Shown piece by piece: positions 8,841 to 18,758 of a stretch of DNA of 64,000 bases. The translations under genes were made by a program, and so were the position numbers. The notes under the pieces are model-generated. The model did no database searches, had not been told where the DNA came from, and saw nothing but the letters and a program-made list of their open reading frames with translations. How positions within the stretch are numbered: position 1 is the stretch's first letter; every line of letters starts with the position of its first letter. Origin of the DNA: Candidatus Udaeobacter sp. GTDB taxonomy: Bacteria; Verrucomicrobiota; Verrucomicrobiia; Chthoniobacterales; UBA10450. The stretch covers positions 3,299 through 67,298 of the forward strand of contig DATEZD010000177.1 in NCBI GenBank assembly GCA_035255865.1. Reading direction: 5' to 3'.

Positions 8841-9871
8841 TCGAAAGAATCGATGAGGTCGCGCGTTGATAACGCGCACCAATCTTCTTTGTCGCCTTCG
8901 GGCGCGGGCTCTTTTTGCGCGCTGGCAATCGCCTCTTCCACCTGCGCGACTGCATCTCTGCGCCATTTGGTCAGCGTCTCCGCGTCAACAAGATTAAGGT
9001 CGATAATTGTTTGCTCGGCTACCTTCAGGCAATCGCGCGCGAAGGGCTGCTGCTTGACCTCCTCCGTTACGTAGCTTGCATCGTCGTGCTCGCCATGGCC
9101 GGACAGGCGCAGCAGAGACGCGACAACCAACTGCGGCGGACGACCTGCGCGCGCGCGTTTCACCGCGCTGCCGATCACATCCAGGCACGCGCCAAGGTCC
9201 GTTCCGTCGAGACTGTAACCCTCGAATCCGTAGCCGATCGCGCGATCAACTAAATCATGACACGCGAACTCGCGATCATTTGGGGTGGAGTAGGCGTAAT
9301 GGTTGTTTGTCGCGACGACCACGAGGGGTATTTGTTCCACTGCGGCAATGTTCATTCCTTCATGGAACGAACCGGTCTGCATTCCGCCTTCGCCGATGCA
9401 CGCAAGGCCGACGGAGTTTTTCTCGCCTTTAAATCGCTTGGCTATCAATGTGCCGACCGTGACCGACACCATCGCGCCGAGGTGACTGATCATTGCGAGT
9501 TCGTTCTTGCGCGGATGGCCGCGGTGAATGTTGCCGTCGCGTCCCCGCATCGGGCCCAGGCGCGAGCCGAGATATGTGCGCGTGACGTCGAGAAGCGGTT
9601 CGCCGAATGCGGATCGCCCGGCCTGGTCGCGAATCAACGGCGCGAAAATATCGCCCTTCTGCAAAAATAAGCCGCACGCGACACTGACTGCCTCCTGGCC
9701 TTTGCCGATATAGACTCCGCCCGTGATCAATCCGCCGCGATAAAGGCTAACCAGCTTTTCTTCCAGCGTGCGCGCGAGAAGCATCCAGCGAAATGCCTCA
9801 AGAAAACGCACATGCGGCGGCCGCGCCTTTTTCGTTTTTGATTTTGCGCTCCGCTGCGCCGTCTGAAGCAT
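8837..9871 (-). CDS. 2-oxoacid dehydrogenase E1 alpha subunit (thiamine-diphosphate dependent)
   Basis: Contains GQEAVSVA, GEGGMQTGSFHEGMNIAA (the TPP GDG-like motif region) and a YRLSGHGEHDD-like segment (LLRLSGHGEHDD). Confidence 0.9.
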   Translation of the reverse strand: MLQTAQRSAKSKTKKARPPHVRFLEAFRWMLLARTLEEKLVSLYRGGLITGGVYIGKGQEAVSVACGLFLQKGDIFAPLIRDQAGRSAFGEPLLDVTRTYLGSRLGPMRGRDGNIHRGHPRKNELAMISHLGAMVSVTVGTLIAKRFKGEKNSVGLACIGEGGMQTGSFHEGMNIAAVEQIPLVVVATNNHYAYSTPNDREFACHDLVDRAIGYGFEGYSLDGTDLGACLDVIGSAVKRARAGRPPQLVVASLLRLSGHGEHDDASYVTEEVKQQPFARDCLKVAEQTIIDLNLVDAETLTKWRRDAVAQVEEAIASAQKEPAPEGDKEDWCALSTRDLIDSFE

Positions 9872-9938
9872 CCGGCAAATTTACGCGAGATCGACGATCG
9901 CGCGCAAAAAATTTTTTGCGGATTCGCGTTCTGTTTCC

Positions 9939-10075
9939 GGGGAACACAGGCTGGAAGCCTGTTCTTTTCGGCAGCGTGCCGAAAAGCTCTTCGAACACGC
10001 TACGGCGAGGACTTTGTGTCGTTCCCCGAGCGTCGTCGGCAAGCTGCCGACGACTGCAGGCTAGCAGCCTGCGCT
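9939..10075. repeat. Composite REP-like element made of four consecutive short hairpins
   Basis: - acaggct-gga-agcctgt (9946-9962)
- cttttcggc-agcgt-gccgaaaag (9964-9986)
- gtcgtcggc-aagct-gccgacgac (10032-10054)
- gcaggct-agc-agcctgc (10056-10072)

All lie between the smc stop and the E1alpha start. Confidence 0.7.
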
Positions 10076-10087
10076 CCCCAAAAGGAA

Positions 10088-13000
10088 CTATCGCATCGCC
10101 AGTGCGAGACGACGTTGTCTCGGATTCCGCTCGCCCCCGTTCGATGCTACTTCGGCAGAAACATGCTGTGGCGCGGTTAATTTCATTCCGACCAGCTTGC
10201 TGACGCCGCGCTCTTCCATTGTCACGCCGTAAAGAACATCGGCTTTGGCAATGGTGCGTTTGTTGTGAGTGATGATGACAAACTGGCTTTGTTCTACGAA
10301 GCGCTCCAGCACGCGGATAAAACGGTTGATGTTGCCTTCGTCCATTGCCGCGTCCACTTCGTCCAGAATGCAAAAAGGACTCGGCCGCACCATGTAAATG
10401 GCGAACAACAACGCCACCGCGACCATGGAGCGTTCGCCTCCGCTAAGGAGAGAGACGCTTTGCAACTGTTTCCCGGGAGGCTTGGCAGTGATTTCGATCC
10501 CGCAGTTGAGCGGGTCGTTCTCATCCAGCAACGACAGGTCCGCACGCCCGCCGCCGAAGAGTTCTGCGAACATTTCGCGGAAGTTGATTCGCACCTGGGC
10601 GAAGGTTTCGCCAAACAACTTTCTGGTCGTTGAGTTAATCTGCGCAATCACATCGAGCAGCTCGCGACGCGAATTGGTGAGATCGTTATTTTGCGCTTCG
10701 AGGAATTTGTATCGCTCTTCCAGCTCATCGTACTCATGAACGGCATCGAGGTTTACCGGGCCCATGTTGTCGAGCTGCGTGCGAAGGTCCGCGATGACTT
10801 TTTGAAGATCAGGATCTGCAACGCTCGTGGCATCGGCATCTTGCCGACCCTCTGCTGGCTGGAAGCCCGAGCCACGTTTCGCTTGCGCGCGCAAAACTTT
10901 CTCGAACACGGGCTGATCGACTACAAACGCGCGAAGATCAATCTGGTAGCTGCGCGAAATATGCTCGGCGAGATTGTCGATCTTCATTTGCAATTGTGAC
11001 TCGCGCACTTGGCGCTGAGCGCGTCGATGTTGCAATTCGGCCAATGAATCGCGCAAACGTCGCAATTCGGCTTCGCAATGGGAAATCGAGGAGAGCCGTG
11101 TAGCGCGTTGCTCCGCGATTTTCACTGCGTTCGCTTTGGCTTGCTCACGCTGCAGCGTCTGACTTTTGATTAAGCTTTCCGATTCACGGGACTCCTCGGC
11201 CTGTGCAGCCAATTTCGCTTCGTACGTTGCTATGTCGGCTTTTCGAACAGCGATCAGCTCCACCAGCTCGGCCTCGCGCGTGCGCATTGCTTTGTGTTGC
11301 GCGATGAAATTTTCATGGCGCTGACGTTCGGTCGCGAGCGCCAGCCGCAGTTGATTCATTTTTTCGGTCAGCTCTTCCTCGCGCAGCGTGGTCTGTTTCT
11401 GCGTGGCTTCGAATGCAGCCAGCTCGGCCTGCTCTTTTGCAAGTTGATCCCGCATCGTTTGCAGTTCGCGCTCCAAGTGCGTGACCCGTTCGTCGGCCGT
11501 GGCTATCTGCTGCTCCAGCGCATTTTTGTCGGATCGCAGATTGTCGATCTTGCGTTCGGCCTCGCCGAATTCGCGCTGGAGCCGCGAAGCGATTTCGAGC
11601 GCCGCTTTCGCTTCGTCGCGTTTCGCGCAAAGCGATTCGCGCTCTTTTGCCAGCGCGGCTTCTTCTTTCGCCAGATCGGTGATTTGCGCTTTGCGCTCCA
11701 GCAATGACGGCGCGCGCACTTCGCTGCTGCCGCCAAAGACGATCCCTTCTGTGGAAACAAATTCGCCGACGAGCGTGGCCATCGCCAGCGCGGGCTCGGA
11801 CTTCTTACACTCAAGCGCGTGTTGCAAATCGGAAAAGATGATGACATTGCCGAGCAAGTGACCGACAAATGGTTCGAGCGACGAGGGCGCAATCAGTTTG
11901 TCCGTGGCCCAGGCGAGCGCACCCTCTGGCAGACTTTTCCGCGCCGGTTTTTGCGTGGAGGCTGTCAACTGCGGAATGAGCAGCGCGGCCTGGCCCAGCT
12001 TCTTTTTCCGGAGTCGCGCAATGATTTCGCAAGCAACGCTCGCGTCTTTTAGAACGACGGCGTGCAGATTTCGGCCCAGCGCGGCTTCGATCGCCGAAAC
12101 GAACTTCGGATCGACATCGAGGTGCGCGACGAGCGAACCGGCAATCGCCTCACGAAATTTCTGGGGATCGTCCAGACCTTTGAGGACAGCTTGCGAACCT
12201 TCAGCCAAGCCTTCGCCTTCTTCATTGAGCTGACGCAAAACGTCCAGACGTGATTGTTTCTCCGCGAGCGTCCGTTCAAGCGCGGCAAGATTCTGTTCCG
12301 CTTCAGAGAGCAGTCTTTCTTTTTCGCGCAGGCTCGCATCGACATCGATCGCTTCGCGCCGGCTGGCTTTGCCCGACGCAGCGATGTGCCGGGCGAGTTT
12401 TTCGCGCGCTGCGGTTAGCGTTCGAATCTGTTTGGCGAGGTGTTCAGTTTGCGCGCGTGTCAATTCTCGGCGCGTTTTCGTTCCCGAGAGTTCCTCCTCG
12501 AAGGCCGCGATGCGGCTTTCAGATTTGGATAGCGCGAGTTGCAACTCCTGCAACTGCGTCCCGCGCTCAGTGCGATTTTTTTGAATTTGTCCGGTCAGGT
12601 TGGCGACGTCGGTCAGCTCGGCTTCTTTTTCTTTCAACTGCCGCTCGATTTCTGTGATCGAGTTATCGGTTTGCTCGACCTCAGCGGCGTGCTGCTTGCG
12701 TTTTTTCTCCGCGTCGCCGATGTCGCGCTGCGCGCGTTCGAGCAACTCGGCGAATTCTTCCGCACGCAGCCGATTGAACTCAATGCGGCTCCGGTGCGCG
12801 GCGATTTCGCTTTCCAGTCGCTGCACTTCCGTGCGCGAATCGGCGATCTCGATGTCGATCTTGTCCAGTGCGTGGCGTTCTTCAGTTAGCCTATTTTCGC
12901 TGTTGTCGATCTTCTCGCGCATCGCTGCCTCGGACTGGGTCAGACGCTCGATTTCTTTGTGACAGTCGGAGAGATCACCTTGGAGAACATCAAGCTGCTT

Positions 13001-13693
13001 GCGCGAATAATGTGACTCGAGCACGCGCAGGTCTGTGTGCAGCGCCTGGTACCGACGCGCTTTGCCCGCCTGTCGCTGCAACGAACCAATTTGACGTTTT
13101 ACCTCTTTAATGACGTCACCAATGCGCAGAAGATTTGCCTCGGTCGCTTCCAGCTTGCGCAGCGCTTCGCGCTTTTGCGACTTGTATTTGGTGATTCCGG
13201 CCGCCTCCTCGAAAACTGCGCGCCGATCTTCGGGGCGCGAACTCAGGATCATGTCGATCTTGCCTTGCTCCATCATCGAGTAAGCGGCCCGTGCGACGCC
13301 GGTGTCCGCAAAGAGGTTTTGAATATCACGAAGGCGGCAGGGCGTTTTGTTCAACAGATATTCGGAGTTGCCGTCGCGATACACCCGGCGCGTTACGCGC
13401 ACGTCGTGCCATTCAATGCCTAGTTCTTCACTACAATCGGTGAAAGTGAGTGAGACCTCGGCCAATCCAACCGGCTTGCGCGTATCGGCGCCATTGAAGA
13501 TGACATCCGCCATCTCTTCGCCGCGGAGCGACTTCGCGGATTGCTCTCCGAGCGCCCAGCGGACGGCGTCAAGGACGTTGGATTTTCCACAACCGTTTGG
13601 CCCGACGATAGCGGTAATCCCCTCGTGAAAATTAAAAACCGTTTTATCGGCGAATGACTTAAAGCCGAGTAGCTCGAGCGATTGTAAGTGCAT
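10088..13693 (-). CDS. smc: Chromosome segregation protein SMC
   Basis: MHLQSLELLGFKSFADKT...GPNGCGKSN (Walker A). Long coiled coils, a hinge, then LSGGERSMVAVALLFAI (signature) and FCILDEVDAAMD (Walker B). Start chosen at the second Met. Confidence 0.95.
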   Translation of the reverse strand: MHLQSLELLGFKSFADKTVFNFHEGITAIVGPNGCGKSNVLDAVRWALGEQSAKSLRGEEMADVIFNGADTRKPVGLAEVSLTFTDCSEELGIEWHDVRVTRRVYRDGNSEYLLNKTPCRLRDIQNLFADTGVARAAYSMMEQGKIDMILSSRPEDRRAVFEEAAGITKYKSQKREALRKLEATEANLLRIGDVIKEVKRQIGSLQRQAGKARRYQALHTDLRVLESHYSRKQLDVLQGDLSDCHKEIERLTQSEAAMREKIDNSENRLTEERHALDKIDIEIADSRTEVQRLESEIAAHRSRIEFNRLRAEEFAELLERAQRDIGDAEKKRKQHAAEVEQTDNSITEIERQLKEKEAELTDVANLTGQIQKNRTERGTQLQELQLALSKSESRIAAFEEELSGTKTRRELTRAQTEHLAKQIRTLTAAREKLARHIAASGKASRREAIDVDASLREKERLLSEAEQNLAALERTLAEKQSRLDVLRQLNEEGEGLAEGSQAVLKGLDDPQKFREAIAGSLVAHLDVDPKFVSAIEAALGRNLHAVVLKDASVACEIIARLRKKKLGQAALLIPQLTASTQKPARKSLPEGALAWATDKLIAPSSLEPFVGHLLGNVIIFSDLQHALECKKSEPALAMATLVGEFVSTEGIVFGGSSEVRAPSLLERKAQITDLAKEEAALAKERESLCAKRDEAKAALEIASRLQREFGEAERKIDNLRSDKNALEQQIATADERVTHLERELQTMRDQLAKEQAELAAFEATQKQTTLREEELTEKMNQLRLALATERQRHENFIAQHKAMRTREAELVELIAVRKADIATYEAKLAAQAEESRESESLIKSQTLQREQAKANAVKIAEQRATRLSSISHCEAELRRLRDSLAELQHRRAQRQVRESQLQMKIDNLAEHISRSYQIDLRAFVVDQPVFEKVLRAQAKRGSGFQPAEGRQDADATSVADPDLQKVIADLRTQLDNMGPVNLDAVHEYDELEERYKFLEAQNNDLTNSRRELLDVIAQINSTTRKLFGETFAQVRINFREMFAELFGGGRADLSLLDENDPLNCGIEITAKPPGKQLQSVSLLSGGERSMVAVALLFAIYMVRPSPFCILDEVDAAMDEGNINRFIRVLERFVEQSQFVIITHNKRTIAKADVLYGVTMEERGVSKLVGMKLTAPQHVSAEVASNGGERNPRQRRLALAMR

Positions 13694-13862
13694 TGTGGGC
13701 CACACCCCGGGCCTCGGCAGCGTCAATACAGCAAGGTTGCCGGGGTTACAAGCGGAAAATCACACAATTTGAAGGGGTTCTGGCCGAGTGCGACCACAGG
13801 ATATTGGGCTTTCGTCCGCCCGCACAAAATCGGAATCGTGCGAACCCTTGCGTGCTTCGTCG

Positions 13863-13968
13863 CCTCTCCCATTGCGACAAGGGAGAGGATGAAGGTGAGG
13901 GGTTCGGACAATTAGTGGCACCTTTAGACGCGACCCTCACTCTCCCCCTCTGCCTTGCCAGGGAGAGG
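13863..13968. repeat. Structured GC-rich repeat region (cctctccc/gggagagg hairpins)
   Basis: cctctccc-N10-gggagagg at 13863-13888. A second ctctccc...gggagag pair lies at about 13940-13968, and gtgagggg/accctcac is nested between them. The region sits in the divergent smc/permease intergenic gap. Confidence 0.5.
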
Positions 13969-14023
13969 CGCCCCTCTGCACGCGCTGCAACGCAATGACC
14001 CATTCGAAAGCACACACCCTTAG

Positions 14024-15412
14024 ATGCCGGAGCTTACCCCGACTCTTGCTTTGGACAAATCGTTCACTCAGGATGCGCCAATGACAGAGGAACCGCCGGC
14101 GTGGATACAGCAAGAAGAGCGCATCGACCATCAGTTGGTCCGCGGCATTGGAATTCCAGCTCTCACCGCAAATATTGTCAGCTCCACAATCGGTGCGGGA
14201 ATTTTCGTGATCCCGGCGACCGTGGCGAGAGGACTGGGATCGGCTGCGCCGCTCGCATTTGTTTGTTGTGCAATTGCGATGGTCTTGTTCGTTACTTGTT
14301 TCGCGATCGCCGGCAGCCGCGTGTCATTAACAGGCGGCTTGTACGCGTATGTCGAAGTCGCGTTTGGTCGTTACGTCGGATTCCTTGCTGGTATGCTTTA
14401 TTTTCTAACCGCGATCGGCGCGGTTGCCGGCGTTGTGAACGTGTTGGCAAACTCGGTCGCGCTAGTGGTTCCGTTCCTTGGAAGTCCGATAATGCGCATA
14501 GTCGTGATGTTCGCCGTTTACGCGTCGCTCGTGTTGATCAACATCCGCGGCGTACGCCAAGGCGCTGGTGCGGTGACCGTGATCACAGTCGCAAAGCTTT
14601 TGCCGCTGTTGTTGTTCGTTGGCGTCGGAATATTTTTCATCCACGCGCCGAATCTTGCCTGGAGCAGTTGGCCCAGTAGCAAGTCGTTAGGCGATGCTGT
14701 TATTTTGTTGATTTTTGCTTTTGTCGGAATCGAGGTGGCGCTGATTCCGAGTGGCGAAGTGAAGAATCCGGCACGCACGGTTCCGCGATCGGCTTATCTC
14801 GCGCTGGTCACCACGACAATCATCTACCTCATGATCCAGCTCGTAGCGCAGGGTACGCTCGGCGCCGATCTCGCCAATCATCCTGACGCGCCACTCGCCG
14901 AATCGGCGGCAAAATTTCTCGGCAATTTAGGCCGCACGATTCTTCTGGCTGGTGCCAGCATCTCTGCATTCGGATTTGTAACGAGCGACATCCTGAGTTC
15001 ACCGCGTATGATCTTTGCTTTCGGCCGGGACGGCGCGTTGCCGCAGTTTTTCGCGCACGTTCACCCGCGCTATCGATCGCCGGACGTTGCGATCATAACT
15101 TACGCGACGCTGGCCTTTGCGCTGTCACTCAGCGGTACCTTCGAACAGCTGGCGGTGCTTTCGAACGTCGCCGTGTTGTTGATGTATCTGCTTTGCTGCG
15201 CTGGTTGCTGGGTTCTGGTGCAACGCGATGTCCGATCGGATGGTGAGCCCTTCAATTTCCCGGGCATGAAAATCGTGCCTGCGCTGGCGATCGTCGCAAT
15301 CATTTGGATTCTCGCGCACGCGACGGCTCGGGAATTTGTGGTGACGGGAATCGTACTCGTTCTTGCATCGATTGTGTATCTCATCCGTGTCCAGCTACGG
15401 TTGAAATCATAG
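14024..15412 (+). CDS. APC-superfamily amino acid permease
   Basis: About 12 TM segments. N-terminal GIGIPALTANIVSSTIGAGIFVIPA is typical of amino acid/polyamine/organocation transporters. An alternative start is at MTEEPP (14081). Confidence 0.85.
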   Translation: MPELTPTLALDKSFTQDAPMTEEPPAWIQQEERIDHQLVRGIGIPALTANIVSSTIGAGIFVIPATVARGLGSAAPLAFVCCAIAMVLFVTCFAIAGSRVSLTGGLYAYVEVAFGRYVGFLAGMLYFLTAIGAVAGVVNVLANSVALVVPFLGSPIMRIVVMFAVYASLVLINIRGVRQGAGAVTVITVAKLLPLLLFVGVGIFFIHAPNLAWSSWPSSKSLGDAVILLIFAFVGIEVALIPSGEVKNPARTVPRSAYLALVTTTIIYLMIQLVAQGTLGADLANHPDAPLAESAAKFLGNLGRTILLAGASISAFGFVTSDILSSPRMIFAFGRDGALPQFFAHVHPRYRSPDVAIITYATLAFALSLSGTFEQLAVLSNVAVLLMYLLCCAGCWVLVQRDVRSDGEPFNFPGMKIVPALAIVAIIWILAHATAREFVVTGIVLVLASIVYLIRVQLRLKS

Positions 15413-15443
15413 GCAAACACGAAAAAGCGATTAGCTTGTTGCC

Positions 15444-16775
15444 ATGCGTCAAAATTATCTTGAGGAGTTCTATTCTTTTTTGCGATTTCCAAGTGTTTCG
15501 ACCGATGACCAGTACAAAGAAAAGCTGAAGCAATGTGCAGATTGGCTCGTTAAAAAGCTCACGAGCATCGGGCTGGAGACGCAGCTCGTTCCCACGAAGG
15601 GGCACCCCATCGTCTGGGCGCGCAACAGACATCAGGCCGGACGCCGGACAGTTCTGATCTATGGGCATTACGATGTGCAGCCGCCGGATCCTCTGGAACT
15701 TTGGGATTCGCCGCCGTTCGAGCCCGTTCTCAAGAACGGATACGTCTTTGCGCGCGGCGCAACCGACAACAAGGGCCAGATCCTCTCGCACATCGTTGGC
15801 ATCCAGGAGACCATCGAACAAAATGGCGACTTGCCAGTGAACCTGCATTTGGTGATCGAAGGCGAAGAAGAAATCGGCAGCATGAGTCTCCCGGGTTTCT
15901 TGGAGGAAAATCGCGACGCGTTGAAAAGCGACGTGGCCGTAATTTCCGATACAGGGATGATCGCGCGCGGAACGCCGACCCTAAGTTACGGGCTGCGCGG
16001 TGTGACGGCCCTGGAGATCAAGGTCGCTGGTCCGAAAATGGATTTGCACTCCGGAGTCTTCGGTGGGGCCGTTGCAAATCCGATTACTGCACTCGCGCAA
16101 TTGCTCGCTACACTTCACGATGGCGAAGGTCGTGTGGCGATCGCGGGATTCTACGATCGCGTCAAGCCACTCGAAGATTGGGAGCGCGAAGCTTGGCGCA
16201 AACTTCCAGTCGATGGCGACAAGCTGATCCTGGAGGAAACAGGCGCGCCCGAACTTTTCGGCGAAGCAGGTTACAACTCGATGGAGCGTATTTGGGCGCG
16301 TCCAACAGCCGAGATCAACGGAATCGGCGGCGGCTATCAAGGGAAGGGGACAAAGACTGTCATTGCCAGTCATGCGATGGCGAAACTGACATTTCGTCTC
16401 GTTCCGGAACAGGAAGGCGATGAAATTCTAAAGCTCGCAAAGGAACATTTACGAAAGAACCTGCCCAAAGGCGTGACAGTGGAAATCACCACCGGTCACA
16501 GTGGCCCATGGTATCTTACCGACCCTCACTCGAAACTCGGCGAAGCGGCGCAGCGCGCATTGCGCAAAGCCTTTGATCACGACGTCGCGCTCATCCGTGA
16601 GGGCGGCAGCATCCCGATCGTATCGCAGTTCCGTGGGATTCTCGGGATTGAGACGCTTCTTATGGGCCTCGCGCTGCCTGATTGCCGCGCGCATTCGCCA
16701 AACGAGAATTTTCCGCTCGAAAATTTCGAGGGCGGAATCCGTCTCAACAAGGCCATCCTTCAGGAGCTAGCATAG
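15444..16775 (+). CDS. M20-family dipeptidase/deacylase (ArgE/DapE/ACY1/CPG2 family)
   Basis: LIYGHYDVQPPDP...ARGATDNKGQ...IEGEEEIGS matches the M20 metal-binding and catalytic motifs. Confidence 0.85.
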   Translation: MRQNYLEEFYSFLRFPSVSTDDQYKEKLKQCADWLVKKLTSIGLETQLVPTKGHPIVWARNRHQAGRRTVLIYGHYDVQPPDPLELWDSPPFEPVLKNGYVFARGATDNKGQILSHIVGIQETIEQNGDLPVNLHLVIEGEEEIGSMSLPGFLEENRDALKSDVAVISDTGMIARGTPTLSYGLRGVTALEIKVAGPKMDLHSGVFGGAVANPITALAQLLATLHDGEGRVAIAGFYDRVKPLEDWEREAWRKLPVDGDKLILEETGAPELFGEAGYNSMERIWARPTAEINGIGGGYQGKGTKTVIASHAMAKLTFRLVPEQEGDEILKLAKEHLRKNLPKGVTVEITTGHSGPWYLTDPHSKLGEAAQRALRKAFDHDVALIREGGSIPIVSQFRGILGIETLLMGLALPDCRAHSPNENFPLENFEGGIRLNKAILQELA

Positions 16776-16890
16776 TGTCATGTCGACCGAAGTGTCCCGC
16801 TTTGGCGGGATCGACGCAAACAGCAGAGTAATAATCTGAGATTCCTCGATGGAGCCTGTCCTGAGCGACGTCGAAGGGCTCGGAATGACA
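16776..16890. repeat. MITE/REP-like inverted-repeat element, same TGTCAT...ATGACA family
   Basis: It starts 1 nt after the M20 stop with tgtcatgtcgaccgaagtgtccc and ends with cctgtcctgagcgacgtcgaagggctcggaatgaca. A second inverted repeat (ctgtagcgtgcgctgtctcag / ctgaggacagcggacactacag) follows at 16898-16974. Confidence 0.55.
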
Positions 16891-16996
16891 ACTGGTACTG
16901 TAGCGTGCGCTGTCTCAGCGCATCCGACTCGGATCGCGCATTCGATTCTCCGCTGAGGACAGCGGACACTACAGCCTCAAGGGCACCGCCCCGACC

Positions 16997-17932
16997 ATGA
17001 AATGGCTTTTAATCCTTGCGATCTTACTTGGGTCAGTTTGCGCGGCACATGCAGCCGAAGAGTCGTTAGGCGCAAAGATCAAAAAAGTTTTCGAGCCATC
17101 GCCAACACCGACTCGCAAGCATCGGAAGAAGAAAGCCACGCCCACTCCATCGCCTACGGCTGAACGAGAACAAAAGAAAGTTTCCCCGACTCCGAGCACA
17201 ACCCCGAAAAGCAAATCAAAACGCAAGAAAGCATCTCCGACGCCTGCACCAACTGAATCTCCGGTTGCGACAGAGACACCGTCTCCGAGTCCAGCAGAAA
17301 AGCCGACGCCCTCGCCTCCGGAGCGTCCTGCGCCAGGAAAGAAGGGTTGGCCCAACGTGAGTCTTTCGCCTGACCAAATAGCGGACTACGACAATTATCC
17401 GCCAAAAGTGCGGCAAATCATCGACGCGGGCGTCGCGCTGACAAAACAGAATCTCGGTTACACCTACGGCTCTGCCGATCCCACAAACGGCGGCATGGAT
17501 TGCTCCGGTTTCATTTATTATTTGCTTCGCCAAAACGGATTCCCCGATGTGCCGCGTGACTCCAGCCAGCAATATGTCTGGGTACGTAAGGCTGGAAATT
17601 TCAATGCGGTGGTGAGCCGTAAGGAGGATTCATTCGAGCTCGAGGCACTGAAGCCCGGTGACCTGCTCTTCTGGCGCGGCACCTACAACATCGATCGCGA
17701 CCCGCCCATCACGCACACGATGATTTATCTGGGTCGCGAAAAACGAACGAAGAAGCGTGTCATGGTCGGATCAAGCGACGGTCGCACATACGACGGCAAA
17801 CAACGTTGGGGCGTCAGCGTTTTCGATTTCAAGATGCCGCCACCACCCAGCAGCGGTGACGCCAAAATCAGTCCGGTATTCGTCGGCTATGGGCGCATTC
17901 CCGGTTTAACCGCGCAGAATTCTGGCGAATAG
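16997..17932 (+). CDS. NlpC/P60 (C40) cell-wall peptidase with a Pro/Thr/Ser/Lys-rich linker
   Basis: Signal peptide, then a low-complexity PTPS/KKK linker. GGMDCSGFIYYLLRQNG carries the catalytic Cys, and HTMIYLG carries the His. Confidence 0.85.
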   Translation: MKWLLILAILLGSVCAAHAAEESLGAKIKKVFEPSPTPTRKHRKKKATPTPSPTAEREQKKVSPTPSTTPKSKSKRKKASPTPAPTESPVATETPSPSPAEKPTPSPPERPAPGKKGWPNVSLSPDQIADYDNYPPKVRQIIDAGVALTKQNLGYTYGSADPTNGGMDCSGFIYYLLRQNGFPDVPRDSSQQYVWVRKAGNFNAVVSRKEDSFELEALKPGDLLFWRGTYNIDRDPPITHTMIYLGREKRTKKRVMVGSSDGRTYDGKQRWGVSVFDFKMPPPPSSGDAKISPVFVGYGRIPGLTAQNSGE

Positions 17933-18049
17933 CATTTTAAGTGCGAGAAGTCGATGCAGTACAGGCACTAGCTCGTACGTGGACGGGCGATCTGGCTTGC
18001 TTGCGGGGCATGGTAAACCTTAAAAACTGTTGTTTCGGTTCTCGAATCA

Positions 18050-18553
18050 TTGAAAACAGTATCGGCGAGCGCTATTGGACGTGAACAAGCAGCCTTGATC
18101 AGGCAGGGTTGGATCGTAAGAATCACGATCATAGTGGTGTGTGCGATTTTACTACCTGTCCTTTCGTATTCTCTTGTGCAGAACCACCGGATCACTCGAC
18201 TCAAGGTGTCAGGAGTTACAACCAGTGCTCGAGTAACTAAAACGGATCACCTATTCGGCGTTTGGCGCGGTCATCCTAGCTACGGAACGATAGTGGTCTT
18301 CAAATATGCGGATGCTTCCGGCAAAACCTACGAAGGCTGGGAAAAGATATCTGGATTTTCGGCTTCAAAGCTGAATCCAGGCGATGAGTTCCCTGCTTGG
18401 TATGATCGTGCGCGTCCGAATCGTTTTCTGACGCCTTGGACTGACAATTCCATCGAGATACGGATAACGAGCTTTATCGTTTTGCTTTTAGCGGCGTTGG
18501 TAGCGGTTTTCATTGTGACCAGACCGCGCATAAAGCCAGTCAAAACACTCTGA
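18050..18553 (+). CDS. Hypothetical membrane protein (DUF3592-like)
   Basis: An N-terminal TM and a C-terminal TM bracket a beta-rich segment, VVFKYADASGKTYEGW. The family was recalled from memory only. Confidence 0.45.
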   Translation: MKTVSASAIGREQAALIRQGWIVRITIIVVCAILLPVLSYSLVQNHRITRLKVSGVTTSARVTKTDHLFGVWRGHPSYGTIVVFKYADASGKTYEGWEKISGFSASKLNPGDEFPAWYDRARPNRFLTPWTDNSIEIRITSFIVLLLAALVAVFIVTRPRIKPVKTL

Positions 18554-18566
18554 CTCTGGCAGCACG

Positions 18567-18758
18567 CTATTGCCCGTCCTCAATCTGCACAGGACTTGGG
18601 GACGCTTTTACCTCCGAAGCGTTTGGAGCGCGAACATGAAACCGATGAACGCGGCGCTCGTATCCAACGAATGCGATTGCGACGAGAATGAGCATCACGA
18701 TAAGGACGACGCGCTGTTCGTTTTTCGTGAGATCGAAAATTCTTACTAAGCGTTTCAT
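18567..18758 (-). CDS. Small single-pass membrane protein, hypothetical
   Basis: Trimmed to [33 protein letters not shown]. The start overlaps the queC stop by 4 nt. Confidence 0.35.

Noticed and set aside
6643-8966. N-terminal extensions of the E2 (to 8058) and E1beta (to 8966) ORFs as given in the track
   Set aside because: The extensions overlap the upstream genes by 120-190 nt and are Arg-rich. Internal Mets at 7866 and 8840 give canonical N-termini (a lipoyl domain start, and MSITYLEAIREA) and compact operon spacing.
15701-16423. 240-aa plus-strand ORF in an alternative frame inside the M20 peptidase gene
   Set aside because: It has an extreme Arg/Gly composition and lies wholly inside a gene with clear M20 motifs, so it is a frame artefact.
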